Positions 1 through 12,900 of a DNA stretch of 64,000 bases are shown here, piece after piece; position 1 is the first letter of the stretch; every line of letters starts with the position of its first letter. This stretch comes from Torpedo marmorata (taxonomy: Eukaryota). The position numbers were made by a program, and so were the translations under genes. Below the pieces are notes generated by a model, which was not told where the DNA came from, searched no databases, and was given only the letters and a program-made list of their open reading frames with translations. The DNA is taken from NCBI GenBank assembly GCA_977017645.1, contig OZ360231.1, positions 54,064,001 to 54,128,000 on the forward strand, read 5' to 3'.

Positions 1-329
1 GTTGTCGGGTAAGTTTGATTTTATGTTTCTTATTTTTTGTTTCATTTTTATAAGTTCTGAACGGGAATATTTGATTATTCCCTTCAGAGCTGCACGCAAA
101 GAATAGCCGCTGTAAGGCGCCATCTTGGAAGATGTACCACATGTATGTCAAAATGTACCACATGTATGAATATCTTTTGTACATTTAAGTGCTTTTTATT
201 TGTATGCTGAATTGAACTGAGATTCTTGAGGATGTGCACTTCGTTTGAACTATTTGTATACGAGATGCAAATAATATGGAATTTATTACATTCATTTTGA
301 CAAAATAATGTCTCAAGTCTATTTGAGTT

Positions 330-1530
330 TTTCTGAAGATGTGACCAAGAATGTTGACGAGGGCAGAGACATTGTATACATAGATTTCAGCAAGGCATTC
401 GATAACGTAGGCTGCTCTTGAAGGACACATCACATGGAATCCGAGATAGCAGAATGGATAGAAAATTGATTTTAGGGTACAAAGCTGAGGGTGATGGAGG
501 AAGCTTGTTTTTCAGACTGGAGGCCTGTGACTAGTGGTCTGCCACAGGGTTCAGTGCTGGGCCCATTGCTGTTTGTCACCCACATTAATGATTTAGATGA
601 AAATGTACATGGCATGAATCGCAAGTTTGCGGATGACACTGAAGTGTCTGATATTATAGATGGTGAAGACCAAAGATTGCAGCAGAATCTTGATCGGTTG
701 GACAGGCGGGTAAACGAATTGTTGATGGAATGTAATACATAGAAACGGGAGGTGTTGCATTTTGGGAGGTCGAACATGGGTAGGACCTACACAGTGAATG
801 GTAGGGATCTGGGGAGTGTTGCAGAGCAGAGGGATCTCAGAGTACAGGTACATACTACTTTGAAAGTGGTGTCACAGGTAAATAGGGTGGTCAAAAAAGG
901 TTTTTGGCGCATTGGCCTTCATCAGTCCGAGTATTGAGTATAGAAGTTGTGAGGTCATGTTGTAGTGGTACAAAACGTTGGTGATTGTATTCAGCTTTGA
1001 TCACCATGCTATCGGAAAGATGTTGTCAAGCTGGAGAGGGTGCAGGGAAGATTTACGAGGATGTTGCCAGGGCTTAGGGGCCTGCACAATAAGGAGAGAT
1101 TGAGCAGGCTAGGGCTTTATTCCTTAAGAGCGCAGGAGGATGAGGGGTGACCTCATAAAGGTGTAATCTCAAAGGTATATAAAATCATGAGAGAAATAGA
1201 TTGCGTTAATGCAGAGTCTTTTGCCCAGAGAATATGTAGCCAGAGCACAGGTTTAAGATGAGGGGGTTGGGGAAGAGATTTAAGGGGAACCTGAGGGGTA
1301 TCTTTTTTTTTTATATACACAAAGAGTGGTGGGTATATGGAATGGGTTGCCAGAGGAGGTGGTTGAGGCAGGTACTATTGCAATGTTTAAGAAAAAATTG
1401 GGACGGATACATGGATACGTGTTTAGAGATTTGGGCCAAACGCAGGCAGGTGGAACTCAAGTGGGTGAGAGATTTTGCTCGCGTGGCCAAATTGGGCTGA
1501 AGGGAGTATTTGCATACTGTATGACTCTTC
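330..1530 (+). mobile_element. Degraded CR1-type LINE, 3' part (RT and C-terminal region)
   Basis: [16 protein letters not shown] and KFADDT motifs, frameshifted; boundaries approximate. Confidence 0.85.
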
Positions 1531-1943
1531 TATTAATAACGGTATGATTGACAACCTCTTGTCACTGCTACCTTCAGCAGAAGATAGAAAAGCCTGAAGA
1601 CCAGCACCTCTAAGTTCAAGAACAGTTTCTTTCCAACAGTTATCATGCTCTTGAACCTCCTCTTGTTACACTAATCAGGGACTGCGTCGACATTAAAAAA
1701 AAGATTGTCTGCACTGTTGCTAAGTCACTTCTTTTGCACTCGGATAACTATGAATATTTATTATAGATCAATTTTTTTTGTATCATTGTCTCTATCATTT
1801 ATTTAAGTATACATTTGCAGTTTTTAAATTTATTTTTGTCGTTCTTTTTTAATCAAAGTACTTTTTTTGGTGAATATATACATTATACAATGTATATGAC
1901 AATAAATTCATGATCATTTGTGGAGATGACAAAAACTAGATTT

Positions 1944-3137
1944 TTTCAGATTTCAGATTCATTGTCAGAGTACATACATGAAATCAAATACAACCCTGAA
2001 ATTCTTTTTCCTGTGGGCGAGGCAGAATTACTACTTATTGGTAGTGCAAGAAAAATTGTACACAAACATACACATCTAAACAAATGAAAAGATGTAAACA
2101 AACTGACTGTGCAATGCAGAGAGAAAAAGAATCAATAAAGTGCAAAAGTAAGAGTCCTTAAACGAGTCCCTGATTGAGTTTGTTGCTGAGGAGTCTGATG
2201 GTGGAGGGGTAGAAGCTGTTCCTGAACCTGGTGGTGCGAGTCTTGTGGCACCTATACCTCTTTCCTGATGGTAGCAGCGAGAACAAAGCGTGTCCTGGGT
2301 AGTGTGGATCCTTCATGATTGCTGCTGCTCTCTGACAGCAGCGTTCCCCATAGATGTTCTCGATGGTGGGGAGGGTTTTGCCTGTGATGTCCTGGGCTGC
2401 GTCCACTACCTTTTGGAGGGCTTTACGCTCAGGGGTATTGGTGTCCCCATACCAGACTTGTGATGCAGCCGGTCAGCACACTTTCCACCACACATCTGTA
2501 GAAATTTGCCAGAGCTTCCGATGTCAAACCAAACTTCTGCAAACTCGCTGACGCGCTTTCTTCACAACACCATTAGGGTGTTGGTCCAGAAAAGATCCTC
2601 CGAGATAGTGACTTCCAAGAACTTAAATTTGCTCACCCTCCCCACCTCTGATTCCCCAATGATCAGTGGATCGTACACCTCTGGCTTTCCCTTCCTGAAG
2701 TTAACAATCAGCTCCTTGGTTTTGGTGATATTGAGTGCGAGGTTGTTGTTGGTACACCATTCAGCCAAGTTTTCAATCTCCCTACTGTATGCTGACTCAT
2801 CTCCCCTTTTTATACAGCCCACTGCCGTGGTTTCATCAGCGAATTTGTAGATGGTGTTGTTGTCGTACCGAGCCACACAGTCATAGGTGTATAGCGAGTA
2901 GAGCAGGGGGCTCAGAACACAGTCCTGTGGTGCTCCAGTACTGATGGAGATTGTGGAGGAGATGTTCTTACCAATATTCACTGATTGTGGTCTGAAGGTG
3001 AGGAAATCCAGAATCTAATTACACAGTGGGGTGTTGAGTCCCAGGTCTTGGGAGTTTGATGATCAATTTTGAGGGGATGATGGTGTTAAATGTCAAACTG
3101 TAGTCGATGAAGAGCATCCTGATGTATGCATCTTTGC
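1944..3137 (-). mobile_element. Rex1/Babar LINE, 5'-truncated, with (TCTGAAA)n tail
   Basis: [33 protein letters not shown]-like signal plus tandem tail. Confidence 0.9.
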
Positions 3138-4199
3138 AAGAGATGTAAGAAAAGCCCCTTGTTCCTACTCCAGTAAACATCAGTGCCACTTCTATGTTAA
3201 CCCCATATCTTGATTCCCTTGATATTCAAAAATCTATTGATCTGTCCCTTAAATATATTCGGCAATTGAGCTTTCAAAGTCTACCAGTGGAGAATTCAAA
3301 ACTTTCACTATTAACTGGGTAAACAGATTTTGTCCTTTACTGAACAACTGATCTCTTACTTTGAAGTGCGTGATGCAAGATCTCTGCAAAACCTCCAGCT
3401 AAATGTGGCAGGGCCGACAATAATGGTATGCAAATTACATCATATTTATTTGCAGTCATTTCAAGGTATGTAACCAAGAAAGGTCACACAGGATCTAGCA
3501 ACTTGCTAGTTCCTGGGATGGCTAAGGTTTCCAACAGCAATTCTCTGCTTGTATAATCAGGCTTCTCAAAATGCCACCGAAAATGCAAAACAGCAGATCA
3601 AAAAAGTGGATTAATTAACTAAAGCAAAATTACTTTTTTAACATCTTAAAGTGCTGGTTCTCTGCTCTATGTCATCCACAAAATTTAGTTTGTAACTGTT
3701 ACACCATGAACCCTGCTGTATCTGCTACAATTTATTTAATTTTTAAAAAATAAAGAGCTACAATAAGAAAGTTGCACTATCCAAAAAATTCAGAAGGTTT
3801 TGTTGTTATAATTTTTACCCACAGTTCCTTACATGTTCTTAAAAGCACTGCACACAGATTTCAGTGTGAAGAGCAGGAGGGCAGATCTATAGCAGAAGAC
3901 CAATTGGCAAGTAATTGCCAACACCACCACCGTCCTGATAACTGCTTCAAATTCCAAGCAAAATTATCATTTGGTCAATGAAAATTATGTATATCTAAAG
4001 TGTCCAAGGCAAAGTACAGGGAAGAACATTCTGTTCAAATCCTAACACTTTCAAGCTGCATGGAGAAAATGAAGACATAAAACATGCCAAATATTTTTGC
4101 TGGAGATCTTTCACACCATTCCATATTAGAAGTAATTTCTCAATAGTGTAATTGTCAAATGAAGGTAGGAGATAAGAGAGTGGAATATAAAAGAAAGTA

Positions 4200-4340
4200 A
4201 AAAACACAAATGCTGGAGAAGTTCAGCAGGTCAAACGGTGTCTTTTATGTAGCAAAGGTAGAAATACATAACTGATGTTTCGGGCTTGAGCCCTTCAATG
4301 TATGAGAAAATGCCGGTAGGCATCCGAACAAAAGATGCAG
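4200..4340. repeat. Penelope-like pseudo-LTR fragment
   Basis: aaatgctggagaagttcagcaggtc ... gtttcgggcttgagcccttca resembles an elasmobranch Penelope terminal repeat as I recall it. Confidence 0.5.
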
Positions 4341-4517
4341 AGCACATTTCAGCAAATAAAATAAAACCCAAAACATCCTGTGCTATGTCTGGCATTCTAT
4401 ATCATACTACCTTTTCAATATCCAAAATGACAAAGCATTTGACCAACTTTCATGCTAATTATCAAATAATTTTTCAATAAAGTTAAAATCAAAGGTAAAA
4501 TAAAATGCAAATCAAAC

Positions 4518-4600
4518 CCAATAATGTATTGTCCTTCTCCTGTAATTGATTGCATAAATCATGTTTCTGTCCTTCCAGTTCTGCCAACTGAGCAAGGCAC
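4518..4600 (-). CDS. CIP2A: CIP2A exon (83 nt): [27 protein letters not shown]
   Basis: tag acceptor, gtttg donor; phase 2/1. Confidence 0.88.
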
Positions 4601-6900
4601 CTAAAATTCAAAACAAACAAGTTATTTTGCTATTTTTCCCAATATCACTTGACAAACATATGATCAATTAATATCTTAAAAAGCATCATAAGGTAGGCTT
4701 ACCTATCATTCTGTTGCTTAAGGGAGTCAATTTGATTTTTGAATAATTCACACTGTTTGCTCAACGAGTTATGCTCAATCTGAAGTTCTTTAAACTGCCT
4801 TTCAACATTATCAAAACTAGAAGAAAAAAATTTTGTGGAATAGAAATTTAAGCAGTTATCTAAAATCAAAAATATATAGACTATGAATAAAATTACAGAA
4901 ATACAATTAATCTCCTCTGGAATGTCACTGTTCTCAGATCATTAGCTACATTCTAACACGTAATTTTTCCCTCAAGTTCTTTTTACTTATTGCTACCTTT
5001 CACTGCTCAAAGTCCCCTTTTGTTGCTTGGTACTTAAAAATTTATTAATGCTATTTTTGAAAGGACACAAGGAGACACTCCCATTTCTTTTTCTTACAGG
5101 CAACTGATTGGCTTCCACATGATAGAACAAACTACTGTAATTATATCATATAGAAAGGAATTTAACTGTCACATATGATGCCGAAGCTATGATTCTTTAA
5201 AAGGCAAATAGAATCAGCAAATTAGCAAAACCTACTTTTGGGAAAGATTTTTTGAAATAATTTTTAAGGATTCATGTTCTTCAGCAATGGCCTGTAGTTT
5301 ACAATTGTGTTGATAAAGCTCTTCAATATCAGCCTTGGCATGATCAGATTCCAGAAGCTGACTCTTCAGCACTCCATCAAGTTCTTCATTTTTTCTCTCT
5401 GCATCCATCAGAAGTGAAGCCAACTGTCGTGCCTACAACTCAAAAGCAAATAACTAATAATCAATAAAATGTGCTTACTTGCCATTGGATGTCACTGATG
5501 CATTCCATGGTCAAGTGAAAATTCACTGCAATATTTTTGAGTTGAATTCTGGTCATACAGGAGAATATTTTACATCATCTGCAAAACTCCCCGTTGTTAC
5601 CCAAATATATTGGCTCAATACAAACAACAGACTTAAAATTGTAGGTCGAGTTTGGATGTGGGAGGCAGTTAAATGCAATAAAAGTGACGATCTGATGCCA
5701 ATCCATCGATTATACGAAGCCCTTGTATGCCAAGCTCTGTATAGGAAACCCCTACAGAGCAGTCAGATTTGCAATTTCAACATAATTATTGCTCATTAAG
5801 AAGAATATTCATTAGAGTTTAGGGTTTTAACTCCGAGCACATGCCTTTCTCACTTCCCGGTAATACCAAGGCCACAGTGCAGTAATATTGGACAGAACTG
5901 AAGAGACAGTTGTCTTTTTGAACAACTGACTTTCTTCACAAAAGTTGTTGTGGGAGGGTTGTTTAATCATTTTCCACTTTGAAGGTGTCAATTTATTTAT
6001 TTTTCTGAAAACTAACAGGATATTGTATCATGTGAAGAATGTTATTTGCAAAAATTTAGAAAATGACACTTTCTCCATTTTCATTGTTAGCCAGCTACTT
6101 ATTGGAGATAATGCTGACAAACTTGGATGTACAAACCATTCCTTTCACAATTTTATTTCACCTTTTCCATTTAACTATAATTTATTCAAAAACGTCCAAG
6201 TTATTAGTTTCTGTAGTATGAAAAAAGTTTGATAAATACTCTGCGAATACTTTTTTTCTCCACAGATGCTGCTTATTTTAATCCACGTTCCCAACACCAT
6301 ATACTCTCATTTTGTTGAGTGATTCGTTCACCACTTTATCGAAAACCTTCTGAAAGAACAAATACGTATCATCTCATTCTCTATGCTAAATATTCCCTCT
6401 TTTTTACATTACTTCAGAAACTTTTACAGTCTTTTCTTTTTTCTTGCTTGTCTACTGCCCGATTCAAATTTCTCCTTCCTGATCAATGCCTGGGCCCTCT
6501 TTTTCTGAATTCTGAAATATCCTCAATCCTCAGGCTTACTGTTATCTTTGGCAACATTAATAAGCCAATTCTTTTGATCCACTACTTTTAATTTCCCTTG
6601 ACAGTCATGGCTGGAGCACTTTTCCTGTTGGTTATGTTTATATCTGAAAAAAGATATACCGGTACATTAAAGTATCTATTAATTCTAAAAGTTATCCATT
6701 TATTGTCATGCATTATATGTTAAGAAATACACTGCAGACAAAGGCATGATGCTTCGTTAGTCGTTTAATACAAATCTGAAAAATGGTTCTCCCGCTACAC
6801 ACAGTATATATCAGTCAGAACGTCATCACGTTGACGTGATGACATCACACCCCTGTAGGCGTATACATAACACTCTTCCCCCCCACAAAATAAATATTTG

Positions 6901-6985
<85 letters not shown>

Positions 6986-9900
6986 CAGTATTTATAATAA
7001 ACTGCAATAACTATGTGTGGGTGCAGTATTTAAGCGTAATACATGGTGCCTCTAGACTAATGGTGATTACAATTACAATGTAATGTAAGTATAAAAATGA
7101 TAAAATGTTAAGTTACTGAACATAGTGTTACAAATTCAAACCAGCAACGACAGAAGACGCAATGCAAAAGGGGTAAAATTGAAATTTATATTTATTAAAG
7201 ACAATTAAACATATAATTTCACAACAATTAACCCCACTATAAACGTCTATAAACACTATTCTTATCTAAAAGGTGTGTGTGTGTAAAGCCCAGACCATTA
7301 CAGTCTGTGCCCAACCCTCATGTAAAAATGGAAAAACTTTCCCCAAAAACCCCAGGTCAGTCATATAAAAAAGTCAGTCAAAAAAAAAATAATAGTCCAC
7401 AAAAATTCACTCTCTATGTTCAGGATCCAAATTCAGCTCTGTGTGCTGGCAAGAAGGACTTCTTAATGAACGTTTATGCTTACGAATACTTGGCTTGCTT
7501 TTCTTCTCTGATGACTTTCCCTTTTGGTAGAGATTCACGAGGATTGCGACTCCAAATCAGTATACCACTGATTGAGGCGTGTACTTGGATCTCACAGCTG
7601 GTCTCGCTGATCTCACGCCTGTTCTCCACAAAAGTTGCTTTAACTCATGATTTTGCTGAGACAGGAGGCCATCCAAGTGCTCTTCTCCCAGCCTTTTTCC
7701 CTGGGATGCACAAGCCTGGATTTTGCTGTGTTCTCTAGCCTTTGCAACTCCAAACTGAATGCTTTTTGCAGAGGTTTGCACCTGCTTTTGCAAAAGTGCA
7801 ACAAAGTATCTCTCCACAGTCTCTCTCTCTCTGGTGTCTCTCTCTCTCTGTGAGTACAAGTAGTCCTGGGCAAGTTAACTCTTTCAGTACCAGGTCCCAG
7901 TGTGTACTCCAAAAGACTTCAAAATTCCTGCTGACCGTCCGCAGTACAAATGGTCGGTCATGGTCCATAACACCACCCACCCACAAAGAAAATTTTGATT
8001 TGTAAGAACAAAATTTCGGAAATTAATTGAGGTGTCACAATATAAACAAAACCCACAATGTTCATCCACTAAACAAAATATGAACTATTTTCATTGATAA
8101 AGTTTAGCATCTAGAAAGACAATCAGCAATTACATTATCTTTCCCTTTTATATGTGTTATTATCAAATCATATTCTTGCAAAATTAGACTCCAATTCAAT
8201 AACAGTCGATTCTTATTTTTCATTTTACAAAGGAAAACCAATGGATTATGGTCAGTATACACTATGAGTGGTTTTTGAGCTGTACAGATATAAGCATCAA
8301 AGTGTTGTAGAGCCAACACAAGAGCCAACAACTCTTTTTCTATGGTTGAATAATTCCTTTGATGATCATTGAACTTCTTCGAGAAGTAGGATACCGGATG
8401 GTCAATGTCCTCTTCATTCTTCTTCTGTAACAGCACCGCACCCACAGCTTCATCGCTGGCATCCACGGCTAAAGAAAACGGCTGTTCTAAATTAGGTGAC
8501 TTAAGCACAGGTTGGTGGCATAACTTAGCTTTCAATTTGACAAATGCTTCCTGACAACCTGTCAACCATACAAATTTTTCTTTCTTTCTAAGCAAATTTG
8601 TGAGAGGGAGCGCAAGATCAGCAAAGTTTTTACAGAACTTGCGGTAGTAGCCAATCATTCCCAGGAACCTCCTCAGAGTTTTCTTACCAGTTGGAACAGG
8701 GAACTCGGAAATAGTCACAACCTTTGCCTCTACTGGCGCCAACTTCCCCTGTCCTACTACATAACCCAGATAAATAGCAGTAGCATGTCCAAACTCACTT
8801 TTACTTAAATTAACTGTGAGATTTGCTTTGGATAGTCATTCGAACAATTGTTTTAGCTCAAAGACATGCTCTTCCCAGGTCTCACTACTTACAATTAAAT
8901 CATCAATGTAAGCACCTGTGTTTTTCAACCCTTGAATTACTGAATTAATCATTCTCTGAAATGTTCCTGGAGCATTCTTCATCACAAAAGGCATAACATT
9001 ATACTCATACAGCCCAAAAGGTGTTATAAATGCAGAAATCTCCTTGCCCTTTTTGTCAAAGGAACACACCAGTACCCTTTTAATAAGTCAATTTTTGAAA
9101 TTTGGCCTTCCCCAACTTGTCTATACAATCGTCTATTATAGGAATAGGATAAGCATCTGTCTTTGTTACAGCATTTACTTTCCTATAATCAGTGCAAAAC
9201 CTAACCGTTCCATCAGGCTTAGGCACTAAAACACAAGGGGAACTCCAATTAGAAGTAGACTTTCGAATGATATTGTTCTTTACCATGTAGTCAATTTCCT
9301 GATCTACCAGTTTGCACTTTTCCGCATTGATTCGATAGGTATGCTGTTTTATCGGCCTTGCATCTCCTACATCCACATCATGATGAGCAATAGAAATTTT
9401 CTGAGGCATATCAGGGAATAAATTTATAAACTTTAAAAATAACTGACATCTCTTCCTTTTCTGAAGTTTTTAGATGAGCCAACTTTGTCTCCAGATTGCG
9501 CAAAATCATGGAATTTTCTAACCTCGGGCTTATCAATTTCTGTGTCCCATGACCCTCTCTGAAACTGGTTTCATCTGTCTCCTCCTTACCCTGATCAATA
9601 ACCAGTACCTCTGGTAAATTTTCAGTCCCTTTGTGTGGCACCTGTTCAAAATATGGCTTAATCATATTCACATGACAGACCTGTGTGTCTCGTCTGCGAT
9701 TTGGTGTTTCTATGACATAGGTGACATCATTAATTTTTGACTTAACTCTATAGGGTCCTCAAAATCTAGCCCTAAGAGGATTTGAATGGATGGGAAACAG
9801 AACTAATATGTTCTCACCAGGTTTAAAAGTTCTCATCTTAGCCTTTCGATCATACCAAACCTTCATTCTCTGTTGAGTGGCCTTTAAATTCTCCTTTGCC

Positions 9901-12900
9901 ATCTCACAAGCCCTATGCAACCGATCCTTAAATTTTGAAACATAATCTAACAGATTTAAATGCACATCACTATTAATCCACTGTTCTTTTAATAATCTTA
10001 AAGGACCTCTCACCTCATGTCCGAAAACTAACTCGAATGGACTAAAACCAAGTGATTCTTGGACAGACTCCCTCGCTGCAAATAACAACAAATGAACCCC
10101 CTCATCTCAATCCTTTTCCTTCTCACAACAATAAGTTCTAATCATGTTTTTCAAAGTCGAATGGAACCTCTCCAAGGCCCCTTGACTTTCTGGATGGTAC
10201 GCAGAGGATACAATCTGTTTAACTCCCAGTCCATCAACCACTTGTTGGAAAACGCCTGACATGAAATTACTGCCCTGATCTGATTGAATTTCCCTTGGTA
10301 AACCTACCAAGGTGAAAAACTTTACCATAGCCTTTACAATTGACTTTGTTTTAATGTTTCTCAGAGGAATGGCCTCTGGAAATCTGGTGGCTGCACACAT
10401 AATTGTTAACAAATACTCATTCCCCGCTTTGGTTTTGGGCAATGGTCCAACACAGTCCACAATCACTCTTGAGAAAGGCTCACTGAAAGCAGGGATAGGT
10501 TGCAAGGGTGCCACCGGGGGACCCTGATTAGGTTTACCCACCACCTGACAAGTGTGACTGGCCCGGCAAAAGCTTACAACCTCCCTTCTCAAACTGGGCC
10601 AATAAAATTGTTTCATTATCTTCCTTATAGTTTTCTTCACCCCAAGGTGACCACCGAAGGGTGTACTATGAGCCAAAGTTATTATTGCATCCCTATATAC
10701 TTTAGGGATCACAACCTGCTGCACTACTGCCCATTCTTCATTGGCAGGAACATCACATGGTCTCCACTTTCTCATCAACACCCCATCTTTTTCATAATAA
10801 CCCACTGGCACCTTTTTAATCTCCTCTACAGAGAGAACCTTATCCCTCACCTCAGCAAGATCAGGATCGTCCTTTTGCCTTGCTATTAGCTCCTGTCGGG
10901 ATAGTGACAAATCCGTGCCTTTTGGTGTCTTATAAGTGGATGGGTGTAACACAGGAGATTGCTCAACCTTTTCCAGGTGTTCTTGATTATCACTGACTTT
11001 TTCTTTCACCAAGTTATTTTCCACTGCCTTCTCTAGTGACATTTTTCTTAGACATGGCCCTGGTTATGGCACATGCCGGATAAATATCAGAGTCTTTCTC
11101 TGACTTATCAATGACTGGCTTAGTGGTCATTCGCACTGCAGGAACTACTTTACCCTTGGCCAAGTCATTGCCTAGCAACAGTGAGACTCCTTCTACTGGC
11201 AACTCTGATCTCACTCCTATTATAACAGGTCCTTCCACCAAGTCTGAGTCCAACACTATTTTGTGCAAAGGAATGGACTCAACATCACCACCAATTCCTT
11301 TAATTAAATTTATGTCACCGGTGTCAGTAGCTTCACAAAATTCCAAGACACTATCTAACACAAGTGACTGAGCAGCTCCAGTATCTCGCAAGATTTTCAC
11401 TGGAACTTGTTTTGATCCTGCCTTAACTGAAACAAAACCATCAGTAACAAAAGGTTTAAATACATCTCTAACTTTGTCAGTAAATTTATCTCCTTCCTGG
11501 GTGTTATGCCTCTTCTCACTCTGAATACAAGCATTAGGTGTTGCATCCTTTTCTCTCTTCTTTTTCAACACTGGACAACTTGCTAGCATATGACCAGCCT
11601 TCCTACAGTAGTCGCAAATGGGACCCGAATGGTTTTCCCTTTTCCACTTTCCTTCATTCCTTTCCTTAACACCACTTCCAAATTTACTTTCCACTGCTTG
11701 TAATTATCCACAGTGACCTTTTGGAAAATTCTGCCTGACGTCCACTTAGGCTTGTGGGTTAAAGCATATTCATCTGCTAACTTAGCTGAATTTTGCCAAG
11801 TTTTCATCTCCTTTTCATCTGTATGCCTTAATATCCTCAGGAACACACCTTTTTATCTCCTCGATTATTATCAATTCTCTCAATTGATTGCAATCATTGT
11901 TTACCGCCTTAGATGTGCACCACCTGTCAAAACACACAACTTTTTCATAGGCAAACTCTGTGTAAGATTTGGTTGCTGATCTTTTTAAATTTCTAAACTT
12001 CTGTCTATAAGCCTCTGGAACTAACTCATAAGCCTGGAGTATAGCCTTTTTCACCGTTTCATAATCAGCAGCTTGCTCTGTGGTAAGAGTACAATAAGCT
12101 TGCTGAGCTTTTCCTTTAATTACACTTTGCAACATTAGAGACCATTGGTCTTGTGACCATTTTAATTTCACAGCCACCTTCTCAAAATGCTGGAAGTACT
12201 TATCTATTTCTGCCTCCTCAAATGGAGGAACCAACCTAACTTCTCTACTAGCCAAAAACCCCACAGCAGGATGACGAATTTGAACTTGGTGCTCTTCTTG
12301 TCTCCTCTCATTTTCCAACCTCATCTTTACCAGCTCATATCTCCTATTTTTCTCATCGTTCTCTAAGTCTAATCTCTTTTGTTCCAATTCCATTTCAAAT
12401 TTCTTTTGTTCTCTGGCTGCCTCCAATTCCAATTTCTTTATTTCCAACTGTATGTTTTCAGAAGGTTTACCCTTGGGAAACTGCTCCAACACACTCTCCT
12501 CAAACTTTTTTTCTTTTATATAGTATTTGACAATTTTTCTCCCAATCTCTGCCTTTTTCATAAATGGTTTTACAGAAGCAATGCCCAACTCTGTTGCTAT
12601 AGCCACTAACTGTTCCTTTTTCGCCTTTTTTAAAGTATTAGGTTCAGGTGATTCAAAAAATTTTCCTACATCCATTGTTGCTGGTTTTTCGTTGCACACA
12701 CACTAGCTTTTTAATTAGCTTTTCAAAAGGAATGTCTTAAACCAGAATGGGATTCCTTCAATTACCAAGATGGATTTTTAATTCAAATCCCAGATGTGCC
12801 CCAAATTTTGTTACAAATTCAAACCAGCAACGACAGAAGACGCAATGCAAAAGGGGTAAAATTGAAATTTATATTTATTAAAGACAATTAAACATATAAT

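Noticed and set aside
1-4517. Next downstream CIP2A exon
   Set aside because: No segment matching the expected C-terminal coiled coil with suitable splice sites was seen; it is probably outside the window.
6795-7083. ORFs with (YI)n repeats
   Set aside because: Translations of the (TA)n microsatellite.
7277-8069. Cluster of ORFs repeated at about 13439-13904 and 23474-24142
   Set aside because: All lie within LTR copies and their frames are not conserved between copies; no env-like features.
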